DNA from: an uncultured Bacteroidota bacterium | Lineage (GTDB): Bacteria; Bacteroidota; Bacteroidia; Bacteroidales; JAAUTT01 | Length of the DNA stretch: 64,000 nt | Reading direction: 5' to 3' | NCBI GenBank assembly: GCA_963846585.1 | Contig: CAWJWO010000013.1 | Coordinates: forward strand, 107,801-171,800 | Part shown: positions 8,111 to 17,410 of the stretch, piece by piece | Layout: every line of letters begins with the position of its first letter | Position numbering within the stretch: position 1 is the first letter of the stretch | Notes under the pieces: model-generated | What the model was told of the DNA's origin: nothing | The model's database searches: none | What the model saw: only the letters and a program-made list of their open reading frames with translations | Position numbers and translations under genes: made by a program

Positions 8111-11053
8111 TCATTCCGCCCTCGGATCAGCCTGATACGGCAGGCGGGCCATCTTGCTTATTTCAATACTTGGGAAACCAAATTCTTCTACAACCTTTCC
8201 TTCGAGCAGGTAAACCCCATACCCCGTAAACGGATATTTTTTCAATGAAACAGGGAAGTGCACAGTATCGAAAAACTCACCGTTAACATCGAGAAAACAA
8301 CCGAAATGCATTATCTCTTTTTTGATAGTCCACACATATTTGATGGTCACCAGATCGCCTGTCATTCGCACAGTTTTTCCTACCAAAGAGTTAATATCCC
8401 TCGAAAGAGTGTTGCCCCGGTAACCCGCTTTCAGCATATCGAACCGTGACATGCTTACAGGGAACCCAAGCAAATCGACTTCATCGTAAGCATCTTCAAT
8501 TGCCTGGTTACTGAGGGGAGGGAGTGCAAAATCCTTTACCGGTTCTTCAAAAAGCCGTTTGGAGGCAGGTACAGGTTTATCTCCGGCAAGAATGAAATGG
8601 GCTTCCCACATAAGTTCCTTTTTGGTTTTTCCGGTAAAACGGAATGCTCCTGCACGGATAAGGATAAGCAGCTGTTCAATACTAACGGCAATACGCCTGG
8701 TAAAATCTGGAAGGCTTTTAAAATCGCCATTAGTATTACGCTCTGCAACGATGAGTTCCGACAGGCCGGATTCGAGGTTTTTGAGGTGGATAAAGCCCAG
8801 GTAAATATCCTCGCCCCGGATGTTAGTCTTTAAATTGCTCCGGTTTACACATGGCAGATTGATTTTTGCACCGTGCCGCCGTGCCTCGTTAACATAAACC
8901 CAGGTGTGATAAAACCCTCCGAAATTATTTATTACCGCTACATGAAACTCATTAGGGAAATACGTCTTAAGATAAAGGCTCTGGTAACTCTCTACAGCGT
9001 ATGATGCTGAATGCGACTTGCAAAATGAATAACCTGAAAAAGATGCAATTTGCCGCCACACCTCTCCGGCAAGGTCGTCACTATAGCCTCGTTCCCTGCA
9101 ATTTTTAAAAAAAGTATCGTGAATACGTTCAAGCTGATCCCTTGACCGGAATTTCCCCGACATGGCCCTGCGAAGGATATCGGCATCGGATAAATCCAGT
9201 CCCGCAAAATGGTGGCATACTTTAAGCACATCTTCCTGATATACCATTACGCCATATGTTTCTTTCAGTTGTTCTTCAAAAACAGGATGCAGGTATTTGA
9301 ACCCTTCCGGATGATGAAAGCGTTTTATGTATTCACGCATCATACCGGACTGGGCCACACCGGGACGAATAATGGAACTGGCAGCCACCAGTTTAAGATA
9401 ATCCTGGCAGCGAAGTTTTTTTAACAGTCCACGCATGGCAGGCGATTCGATATAAAAACAGCCAATAGCTTCGCCCTGGTATAAACGCCTGTTAACTTCC
9501 TTATCGTGTTTAAATGTATCTACCTGGTGAATATCTATTTTTACCCCTTTGTTTTCAAGGACAATTTCGGTACATTCCTTTATATGGCCAAGTCCACGCT
9601 GGCTTAGGACATCTAGTTTTTCGAAACCTATTTCTTCGGCGACGTACATATCCCATTGTGTGGTAGCAAAATTTTTTGGTGGCAGGTCAAGTGCCGTGTA
9701 ACAGGAAATGGGCAATTCCGAAATGAGAATCCCCCCGGCATGTATGCTGCGGTGATGAGGAAAATCTTTCAGTTGCTCGCGGTAACTTAATATTTTACTA
9801 ACTATATCATTTTGCAGGACAGGGGAGGATGGGTTGTCAACCAGGCTGTCAATTTCATTCTTAGGCAATCCGTATACTTTACCAAGTTCGCGAATTATTG
9901 ATTTACCGTGAAAGGTGTTGGTGGCGCCAAGTAGGGCAGTGTGTTTACGGCCGTAGCGTTTAAACATGTAATCGATAACCTGGTCACGGTGAGTCCATGA
10001 GTAATCGATATCGAAATCCGGCGGACTGGAACGTTGAGGGTTGATGAAACGTTCAAAATACAGGTCAAGTTCAATAGGGTCGATGTCGGTAATTTTCAGG
10101 CAATAGGCCACTATACTGTTTCCGCCGCTTCCGCGGCCAACATGATATATGCCCTGCGACATGGAATAGCGGATCATATCCCAGGTGATAAGGAAGTAAG
10201 ACGAAAAGCCAAGCTTGTCGATTACTTCCAGTTCGTGCCTGATACGGCGTCTGGCTTCGGTGTTTTTTTGGCCATAACGGTATACCATGCCTTCCATGGC
10301 AAGTTTTCCGAGCAACAGATGATCGTCGTACTTGCTGCTGGTAAAAACACGTTTGTTTTTAGGGGTTTTAAATTCGAAATCGAAACTACATTTGTCGGCT
10401 AGTTCTCCGGCGTTTTTTACAAGCTCTGGGTAGGCGGCATAAAGTTTTTTGACCCTGTCTGGTGAAAGCAGGCATTCTTCATGTCTGGCCATTTGGCTGC
10501 CGGTTAGTTTGCTCAATAAGGTGTTGTGATCCATTGCCCGTAAGTGTTTATGGAGCTCATAACCGGCTATGGATTCAAAAGTCACCGGTATTTGGGCAAT
10601 AAGTTTTCTGTGATGTCGTTGGTATTCAGCGGTATATATCTTATTAATTTCCCACGGCCGTACCCCGATATATTCATTTTCAAGAAGCAGCTCCAGGGAA
10701 CGGCTTCCAGGGGCATATAGTACGAATACGTTAGAAAATCCGGGGGCAACTGACGAAAACGGTTTTTGTTCAAGGTTGTGACAGGATAGGAAATCGTTTA
10801 TCTCGCTGAATCCATCGAGGTTTTTTGCTATGCAGGTATAGAGATAATAATCGTTTATACGGCATTCCACCCCGGCCACCGGCTTAATATTTTTTTCACG
10901 GCAAAGTTTTACCATGTCGAAACAACCGCTTGTATTATTAATATCGGCAATCACCAGCGCGGGGATGGCAAGTTTCGCGGCATTTTCGACCAGTGTACCG
11001 ACCGGCATGGTACCGTATAGGAGGCTGTAATATGTGTGGCAGGTGTATAGCAT
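8111..11053 (-). CDS. dnaE: DNA polymerase III alpha subunit, short error-prone (DnaE2-like) paralog
   Basis: PHP domain (HTYYSLLYG), GRGSGGNS, FERFINP, catalytic PDFDID, HAGG, YSFCKSH, OB fold; 980 aa with no tau-binding tail; downstream of dinB. Confidence 0.93.
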   Translation of the reverse strand: MLYTCHTYYSLLYGTMPVGTLVENAAKLAIPALVIADINNTSGCFDMVKLCREKNIKPVAGVECRINDYYLYTCIAKNLDGFSEINDFLSCHNLEQKPFSSVAPGFSNVFVLYAPGSRSLELLLENEYIGVRPWEINKIYTAEYQRHHRKLIAQIPVTFESIAGYELHKHLRAMDHNTLLSKLTGSQMARHEECLLSPDRVKKLYAAYPELVKNAGELADKCSFDFEFKTPKNKRVFTSSKYDDHLLLGKLAMEGMVYRYGQKNTEARRRIRHELEVIDKLGFSSYFLITWDMIRYSMSQGIYHVGRGSGGNSIVAYCLKITDIDPIELDLYFERFINPQRSSPPDFDIDYSWTHRDQVIDYMFKRYGRKHTALLGATNTFHGKSIIRELGKVYGLPKNEIDSLVDNPSSPVLQNDIVSKILSYREQLKDFPHHRSIHAGGILISELPISCYTALDLPPKNFATTQWDMYVAEEIGFEKLDVLSQRGLGHIKECTEIVLENKGVKIDIHQVDTFKHDKEVNRRLYQGEAIGCFYIESPAMRGLLKKLRCQDYLKLVAASSIIRPGVAQSGMMREYIKRFHHPEGFKYLHPVFEEQLKETYGVMVYQEDVLKVCHHFAGLDLSDADILRRAMSGKFRSRDQLERIHDTFFKNCRERGYSDDLAGEVWRQIASFSGYSFCKSHSASYAVESYQSLYLKTYFPNEFHVAVINNFGGFYHTWVYVNEARRHGAKINLPCVNRSNLKTNIRGEDIYLGFIHLKNLESGLSELIVAERNTNGDFKSLPDFTRRIAVSIEQLLILIRAGAFRFTGKTKKELMWEAHFILAGDKPVPASKRLFEEPVKDFALPPLSNQAIEDAYDEVDLLGFPVSMSRFDMLKAGYRGNTLSRDINSLVGKTVRMTGDLVTIKYVWTIKKEIMHFGCFLDVNGEFFDTVHFPVSLKKYPFTGYGVYLLEGKVVEEFGFPSIEISKMARLPYQADPRAE

Positions 11054-11229
11054 AGTCGTAAGTCGTAAGTCGTAAGTGACCAGGGGCTAGGGGCTAGGGG
11101 TCAGTGATGAAGTGATTAAGTAATTTGTAATCAGTAATTAGTAATTAGTAATCAGTAATTTGTCATTTGCACATCTGCACATTATTTTTCACGTCTCATG
11201 TTCCCTAGCCCCTAGTCCCTAGCCACTAA
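11054..11229. repeat. Composite repeat spacer between dinB and dnaE
   Basis: AGTCGTA x3 (11054-11074) touching the dnaE start codon; TAGGGGC units at 11082-11100 with inverted GCCCCTA-like units at 11203-11227; TAAT(C/T)AG units 11128-11160. Confidence 0.92.
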
Positions 11230-12384
11230 TGGTCTTATATTTACGGCCCGTTCAATGGAATCTTTGCCATATCGTTTTCGGATACGGTCAAGCGAAAGAT
11301 AAAGATTTACCATTTCAGGGGTATCTTCGAACAGGTTGAGTTGCTGGGTACCGTGTACGAGGTGAGAAAAGCGTACGCCTATCATACGAATGAGCATCCG
11401 GCGGTTATAAAGTTTTTTAAACAGTTCTTTTACTATGTTTAATAGAGTATGGTCAAACGATGAGTAGGGGATACGTTTTTGCATAGTGTATGTATCGAAA
11501 TTCGAATACCTTATTTTTACTGTCACGCAGCAGGTAAGTTTTTGCTGGGAGCGCAGTTCAAAGCAAAGTTTTTCGGTCATTCCTGTAAGTAAGTCGTTTA
11601 GAAAAGTTATATCGGTAGTATCGTTCTCAAATGTACGTTCTGTGCTGATAGATTTTTGTTCCCAATACGGCTGTACTATGTTATGGTCGATACCATTCGC
11701 ACGTTTCCATATTTCGATGCCATTTTTCCCCATTATCCTTTCCATCATCTCAGGCGGCATTTGACGTAAGGTGGCAATTGTATCTATACCCAAAGCCCGC
11801 AGCATGGCAAAGGTTTTATCCCCAATCATAGGTATTTTACGGATCGACAGAGGTGCCAGGAAAGGTGGTACCTGTTCGCTGTTGATGTACAGTTCGCCGT
11901 TTGGTTTAGCCTCACCGGTGGCAATTTTCGATACGGTTTTATTGATAGATAAGCCGAAAGATATTGGCAGCCCGGTCTCCTTTATAATACTATGCCTCAA
12001 CTCGTGTGCCCATTTCTGACACCCAAAAAAGCGGTCCATCCCTGTTATGTCAAGGTAATGTTCATCTATAGAAGCCTTTTCATATACAGGTGCTTTTTCG
12101 GCAATAATGTCGGTTACCAGGTTGGAATATTTGCTGTAGGTTTCCATGTCTCCACGTATGATGATAGCATCAGGACAGAGCAGGCGTGCCATTTTCATGG
12201 GCATGGCCGAACGCACGCCAAATTTCCGGCATTCGTAGCTGCAACTGGCTACAACACCCCGGTCGGAAGTTCCCCCGATGATTACCGGTTTACCTTTCAG
12301 ATCGTTGTGCATTAACCGTTCCACCGATACGAAAAAGGTGTCGAGGTCGAAGTGTACGATATTTCGGGTGGTTGTATCTATCAT
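11212..12384 (-). CDS. dinB: DNA polymerase IV (Y family)
   Basis: HFDLDTFFVSVE, RGVVASCSYE, GVRSAMP, SIDEHYLD, KIATGEAKPNG; QLNLF clamp-binding motif. Confidence 0.96.
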   Translation of the reverse strand: MIDTTTRNIVHFDLDTFFVSVERLMHNDLKGKPVIIGGTSDRGVVASCSYECRKFGVRSAMPMKMARLLCPDAIIIRGDMETYSKYSNLVTDIIAEKAPVYEKASIDEHYLDITGMDRFFGCQKWAHELRHSIIKETGLPISFGLSINKTVSKIATGEAKPNGELYINSEQVPPFLAPLSIRKIPMIGDKTFAMLRALGIDTIATLRQMPPEMMERIMGKNGIEIWKRANGIDHNIVQPYWEQKSISTERTFENDTTDITFLNDLLTGMTEKLCFELRSQQKLTCCVTVKIRYSNFDTYTMQKRIPYSSFDHTLLNIVKELFKKLYNRRMLIRMIGVRFSHLVHGTQQLNLFEDTPEMVNLYLSLDRIRKRYGKDSIERAVNIRPLVARD

Positions 12385-12690
12385 TAGTGCTTGGTGCTTA
12401 GTGCATAGTGCAAAGTGTTTTGTGTTGCAGGATTTTATGATTGTAATATGATCAAAAACTATGTTGATAATGTAATCATTTTTTATTATATTTGTACCGG
12501 AGTATTCAAAATTTTATGTTTTTTCAAACACTAATTACTGATTACTGATTACTGATTACTAATAACAAATTAAGTTTATGAGGTTTATAATGTTTATAAA
12601 GTTTATAGGATTATGTTATTGAGAATTTATATTTATAAGAATTTTATAAACTTTATAAACTTTATAAACAAAATTTACTAGCCACTAACC
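12385..12690. repeat. Repeat blocks in the dinB/lexA-like divergent spacer
   Basis: TAGTGC(A/T)-like x4 at 12385-12412, TTACTGA-like x4 at about 12535-12562, GTTTATAAA-like 9-mers at 12574-12607 facing ATAAACTTT 9-mers at 12643-12669. Confidence 0.85.
12487..12494 (+). promoter_or_regulatory. Bacteroidota sigma-A -7 element, candidate promoter of the LexA-like gene
   Basis: TATATTTG matches TAnnTTTG; a TGAT-N6-ATCA palindrome (12465-12478) lies just upstream. Confidence 0.5.
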
Positions 12691-12699
12691 TGTAGCACC

Positions 12700-13527
12700 A
12701 TGGCAATATTTTTCGCATCAAACATAAAATTGTTGAGGAAGAGAAAGGGCCGTACCCAGGACGATATATCTGCTGCCCTTGATATAAAACGTCCTACACT
12801 GAGTGGTTATGAAAATAGCGGCGTGTTTCCCGGCGTGGAAGCCTTAATGTGCCTTTCGGATTATTTCAGGGTTTCAATAGACACACTTGTGAGAGTTGAC
12901 CTGGCTAAGCTGTCGGAGTTTCAGCTTTCGGAGTTGGAACGGGGGAATGATATATATATACGGGGAACAAATATAAGGATATTGGCTACTACTGTAAACC
13001 GTAACGAGGAAGAAAATATAGAACTGGTTCCTGAAAAGGCTAAAGCCGGTTATGCAACTGGATATTCCGATCCTGATTTTATTAGTGAACTGCCCAGGTT
13101 TTATTTACCTTTTTTATCGCACAACAAGAAGTTCAGGACCTTTCAGATTTCAGGCGATTCGATGTTACCTGTTCCCGATGGCTCATGGATTACTGCCGAA
13201 TTTGTTCAGGACTGGCATACAATTATCAGCGGCAAACCTTATGTTATACTTACCCTGGGAGATGGGGTTGTGTTTAAGATAGCCGATAACCTTATACAGG
13301 ACGAAGGCAAGCTGCGGTTATATTCCTTAAACTCATTCTATAAGCCTTACGATGTGTTTGTTGCTGATATAAAAGAGGTTTGGAGGTTTGTGCATTTTAT
13401 AAGCAGCGAAATTCCTGAAACAGACACCTCAGGCGATGATCTGGCACGTAAGGTATTTGAACTGAGCAGGGAAATTGACGGGATAAAGAAGAGGATGGAA
13501 GATGACGTGGGACGTGAAAGGACGTGA
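12700..13527 (+). CDS. LexA/CI-like self-cleaving repressor (XRE HTH + S24 peptidase)
   Basis: N-terminal HTH (NIKLLRKRKGRTQ..LSGYEN), Ala-Gly cleavage site in AKAGY, catalytic Ser in GDSM and Lys in VVFK; divergent from dinB-dnaE. Confidence 0.88.
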   Translation: MAIFFASNIKLLRKRKGRTQDDISAALDIKRPTLSGYENSGVFPGVEALMCLSDYFRVSIDTLVRVDLAKLSEFQLSELERGNDIYIRGTNIRILATTVNRNEEENIELVPEKAKAGYATGYSDPDFISELPRFYLPFLSHNKKFRTFQISGDSMLPVPDGSWITAEFVQDWHTIISGKPYVILTLGDGVVFKIADNLIQDEGKLRLYSLNSFYKPYDVFVADIKEVWRFVHFISSEIPETDTSGDDLARKVFELSREIDGIKKRMEDDVGRERT

Positions 13528-13561
13528 AAGGACGTGAAAGGACTTGAAAATGGGACGTGAG
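13504..13561. repeat. GACGTG-based 7/10-mer array overlapping the repressor stop codon
   Basis: gacgtgg gacgtgaaag gacgtgaaag gacgtgaaag gacttgaaaa tgggacgtgag. Confidence 0.88.
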
Positions 13562-13564
13562 GCT

Positions 13565-13786
13565 TCAGATTTCAATTTTTCTGCGAATTATTGCGAACCA
13601 CATCTTCGGACCGACATTATCTGGATTCCATTCCGGATATTCTGCCATGAATACAGGATTGCATTCGCCCCTTACCAATTCCAATGATTTGATTTCCCAA
13701 CCATCGGCATAATTTTTGGTAAAACCTTCCTGTGCAGACGGATGATCTTGCATAGCTTTCATTTTTTGTTCGTTTGAAATTTTCAT
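13565..13786 (-). pseudogene. Short ORF, possibly the C-terminal remnant of a class I SAM methyltransferase
   Basis: ADGWEIKSLE...GPKMWFAIIRRK resembles C-termini of small methyltransferases by recollection; no SAM-binding motif present. Confidence 0.3.
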
Positions 13787-13997
13787 ATTAAAGATTTTAT
13801 CTGGTTTTATTGTCTGTAAAATGATAGACGTATAAACCTGACAAATATTTTAAAATTGAAGTATTATTAATGTTTTTAAATTTATAGTTAATAATCTGTA
13901 TACCGGTGTATAATTTTAAATATTGTTTCTTAAGAAAACAGTATAGTATTTTATTGAATCTTGTTTATGTATTGTATATTTGTGGAAAATCGGCATT

Positions 13998-14222
13998 ATG
14001 GACTTACAAACCAGAAAATTGAACGTTATTGAATATCTTATTGGGCTTAAGGATGAAAAGATATTTAGTAAAATTGAATCAACTATTCATGAAATGAAAA
14101 GAGATTTAAAACCCTTTACTCAAAAACAAATTGTGGATAGAGCAAAACGTTCAAATGATGATTATCGTGCTGGAAAGTTTATATCACAGGATCAGTTAGA
14201 AAAAGAATCTGACGCCTGGTGA
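13998..14222 (+). CDS. Putative antitoxin (addiction-module type)
   Basis: Small ORF MDLQTRKLNVIE...GKFISQDQLEKESDAW ending 3 bp before a RelE/ParE gene; TATATTTG box at 13975-13982. Confidence 0.75.
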   Translation: MDLQTRKLNVIEYLIGLKDEKIFSKIESTIHEMKRDLKPFTQKQIVDRAKRSNDDYRAGKFISQDQLEKESDAW

Positions 14223-14225
14223 TAT

Positions 14226-14549
14226 ATGAAAATAATTTGGTCAAATTTTGCATCAGAAACTCTTACAGACATTTATAAATATTACAAAGAAACAGCGAGT
14301 AAGAGTGTTGCTGATAAAATTAAGAGCAAAATTTTTTCAGCGACGAAACAACTTTTAAAACAACCTGAATCAGGACAAATTGAAAAATCATTAGAACATT
14401 TACAAGAAGGGCACAGATATTTGGTTGAGTATAGCTATAAAATTGTTTATAAGCAAGTTAAAGAAGGTATTATTATTACAGATGTTTTTGATACAAGACA
14501 AGATCCAGGAAAAATAAATGAAGAGAAAAGAAGACAAACCAGAATTTAA
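14226..14549 (+). CDS. Type II toxin, RelE/ParE family
   Basis: MKIIWSNFASETLTDIYKYY...PESG...YKIVY...VFDTRQDP pattern. Confidence 0.9.
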   Translation: MKIIWSNFASETLTDIYKYYKETASKSVADKIKSKIFSATKQLLKQPESGQIEKSLEHLQEGHRYLVEYSYKIVYKQVKEGIIITDVFDTRQDPGKINEEKRRQTRI

Positions 14550-15622
14550 AGCTGCCAGTTCATTAAACTGCACAGAAAGCTTGTAAGTTCTTCCGCATAC
14601 TTTTTGCTTTGTAATACAGAAGGATGATAATCTGCACCAAAACCTAGTTTCCATTCTTTTGGCAGGTTGAAAATACAGAGATTTAAATTATTATTCCTGA
14701 TACAATAATTTTTAATATCAGAAAATATATTCTGACATGTAACAAGTTCATTATCTGATATCATGGGGCCGGCAATTAATACTATTTTAGCATAAGGATA
14801 ATATCCTTGTAACTTAGTAATAAACTTAATATAATTATTCCTGAAGATTACTGTATCCAATCTTTTGTCCCATAAATCATTTGTATTAAGGTTAATAATT
14901 ATAACTTCAGGGACAAACCGGCCAGGATCCCATACCGGTTTTAACGAATCATAAAATATACCATCGTAAATATTTGGCATACATGAATAGCTGCCTGTAA
15001 TACTATCGCCATAATTACGGTATATCCCGATACCTGACTTACATACAGCTATATATTCCGCACCCAGATTACGGGCAGTAATGGCAGAATATGTCAGATA
15101 ATGGTTCTCAGTAATGGTACTAAAATGTTCTTTTTCATCCTGTGCCTCTATACCAAATCCGCATGTGATGGAATTCCCGATAAATAAAATCTTTCTTTCC
15201 GGTCCTTTTGGCAGTGCCAGTAAAGTTTTCCAATTGTCCAATATAAATCCCTTAAATACTGACCGCCCGACAAAACACTCGGTAATTTTAATTATTTCAA
15301 CATCATGAATAGTATCTTTAAGCCCTTTAGCAAGATTGTATTCTTTAACAGGTTTGGTGACCCTGAGTTTATAAGGTGGATTGTGGTCAACAATAATATA
15401 ATAATAGTTTTCATAACTCAGGTTTTCCATTTCCATCATAATAGATGTACCTGTAAACGAAGCTTTAATGCTGATGCCGGAATAGGAGAATGCAGGGCAT
15501 TTGGGATTTGAAATATCAATCCTGCCCATATATTTAATAAACGGATTATCGGCTTCAACTTTTGTCTGTGCCCAGGTGTATTGAAAAACCGTGCAAAGTA
15601 AACATAAGGCGAAGGTTCTCAT
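14546..15622 (-). CDS. SGNH/GDSL esterase, CE2-like (acetyl xylan esterase)
   Basis: Signal peptide, N-terminal beta domain, FIGNSITCGFG, SGIG, INLNTND, ADYHPS. Confidence 0.85.
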   Translation of the reverse strand: MRTFALCLLCTVFQYTWAQTKVEADNPFIKYMGRIDISNPKCPAFSYSGISIKASFTGTSIMMEMENLSYENYYYIIVDHNPPYKLRVTKPVKEYNLAKGLKDTIHDVEIIKITECFVGRSVFKGFILDNWKTLLALPKGPERKILFIGNSITCGFGIEAQDEKEHFSTITENHYLTYSAITARNLGAEYIAVCKSGIGIYRNYGDSITGSYSCMPNIYDGIFYDSLKPVWDPGRFVPEVIIINLNTNDLWDKRLDTVIFRNNYIKFITKLQGYYPYAKIVLIAGPMISDNELVTCQNIFSDIKNYCIRNNNLNLCIFNLPKEWKLGFGADYHPSVLQSKKYAEELTSFLCSLMNWQL

Positions 15623-15821
15623 TTATTTGATATAAGTTTAGATTTTTAATTGTATATTTTGTAATTGGATAGTAATACCTGGTAAATCTGATCTAAAAAT
15701 AAGTAATTTATTTATTGTTTTGCCGATCTCAATTACAAAAACATGTTTTATGTTCCAAATGAAAAATAATTAACTTGCAAATCAAAATTGTAAAAACATT
15801 GGATTTATTAATTGACAAATA

Positions 15822-17333
15822 ATGAAGGGAACTATTATCATATCTATGCTTATTCAACTGTGTTTTATAGTAAATGCACAGTATCAAAGAAATACAAATG
15901 ATAAGGGAGATGGATATTATTTAAATCCGGTTTTTGCAGGAGATTACCCTGACCCGAGTATACTGCGCGATGGCAGCGATTACTACATAGTGCATTCGTC
16001 CTTCGAATATTATCCCGGGTTATTAATCTGGCATTCAAAGGATTTGATTAATTGGACACCTGTAACAAATGCATTGCACAAATATGTAGGTTCTGTTTAT
16101 GCTCCTGATTTAGTGAAGTATAAAAACAAATACTACATCTATTTTCCGGCTAATGGCACAAATTATGTTGTTACGGCCGATTCAATTAATGGGCATTGGA
16201 GTGACCCTGTAGATTTGAAAGTTGGCAATATCGATCCTGGTCATGTTGCAGACACTGATGGTAAACGATATTTGTATTTCAGTAACGGAGGATATGTTCC
16301 TTTGTCTGATGACGGACATACTGTTACAGGTGAATGCAAAAATGTTTACAATGGCTGGAAAATACCCCGCGAATGGACAATTGAATGTTTTTGCCTGGAA
16401 GGCCCTAAGCTTGCAAGAAGAGGGAATTATTATTATCTGACAGTTGCCGAAGGAGGTACAGCTGGTCCCGCTACAAGCCATATGGTAATTTCTGCCCGTT
16501 CCATGACGCCTTTGGGCCCCTGGGAAAATTCACCGTATAATCCTGTTATCAGGACAAAAGAAAGTGCTGAAAGATGGTGGTCTCAGGGTCACGGTACTTT
16601 ATTTGAAGATGCAAACGGGAAATGGTGGATGATTTTTCACGGATATGAAAACGGACATTATAATATGGGGCGTCAAACCTTGCTTCTACCAATAGAATGG
16701 ACAAATGACGGTTGGTATAAATTACCGGATGGTATTAAAACTGATGAACCAATTAAAAAACCTTTAAGAATAATTCCGGATGCTGTATTTTCTTTAAATG
16801 ATAAGTTTGAAGGCAATTTGTTAAAACAACAATGGAAATTCTATGGTGAATACGACACCAGCAGGTTTCTCCTTAGTGATAACAGTTTATTTATTAGGGC
16901 TAAAGGGCATTCTGTTGGCGATTGTTCCCCGTTGCTTTGCATCCCGTCAGACCACTCATATATAGCACAGGCAGAGATATTTATTGATGGAGAAGCAACC
17001 GGAGGACTAGTCCTGTTTTATAACAATAAAGCGTATTCCGGAATATTGGCAGATAAAGAAAATATCTTAACTAATCTTAGAACCTGGCAGTTTCCAACCG
17101 AAAAAAAAGCAATTAACAATCATGTATTCCTTCGTCTTAAAAATATCAATAATACAGTTGATATGTATTACAGTATTGATGGGGGAAAATGGAATAAAAT
17201 AGAAAATTCTGTTGAAGTTTCTTCTTATAATCATAATGTCCTTGATGGGTTTTTAAGTTTACGGCTGGGTCTTTGTGCCATAGGTGACGGGATGGTTAAA
17301 TTTAAAAATTTCATATATAAACCTATTAAATAA
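15822..17333 (+). CDS. GH43 beta-xylosidase/arabinofuranosidase
   Basis: NPVFAGDYPDPSI, YAPDL, IDPGH, LEGPKL, GHGTL motifs plus C-terminal beta-sandwich; signal peptide. Confidence 0.92.
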   Translation: MKGTIIISMLIQLCFIVNAQYQRNTNDKGDGYYLNPVFAGDYPDPSILRDGSDYYIVHSSFEYYPGLLIWHSKDLINWTPVTNALHKYVGSVYAPDLVKYKNKYYIYFPANGTNYVVTADSINGHWSDPVDLKVGNIDPGHVADTDGKRYLYFSNGGYVPLSDDGHTVTGECKNVYNGWKIPREWTIECFCLEGPKLARRGNYYYLTVAEGGTAGPATSHMVISARSMTPLGPWENSPYNPVIRTKESAERWWSQGHGTLFEDANGKWWMIFHGYENGHYNMGRQTLLLPIEWTNDGWYKLPDGIKTDEPIKKPLRIIPDAVFSLNDKFEGNLLKQQWKFYGEYDTSRFLLSDNSLFIRAKGHSVGDCSPLLCIPSDHSYIAQAEIFIDGEATGGLVLFYNNKAYSGILADKENILTNLRTWQFPTEKKAINNHVFLRLKNINNTVDMYYSIDGGKWNKIENSVEVSSYNHNVLDGFLSLRLGLCAIGDGMVKFKNFIYKPIK

Positions 17334-17410
17334 ATTTACCCTACCTGTAAATTTGACATTTTCTTACCTGACACTTAATTTTCTTATAGGCACTAATAAA
17401 ACATTATTAT

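Noticed and set aside
8258-12315. Plus-strand ORFs within dnaE and dinB
   Set aside because: Antisense shadows of well-supported genes in a more GC-rich segment.
12700-14549. Prophage remnant suggested by CI-like repressor plus TA pair
   Set aside because: No integrase, structural or replication genes; the repressor's context fits SOS control.
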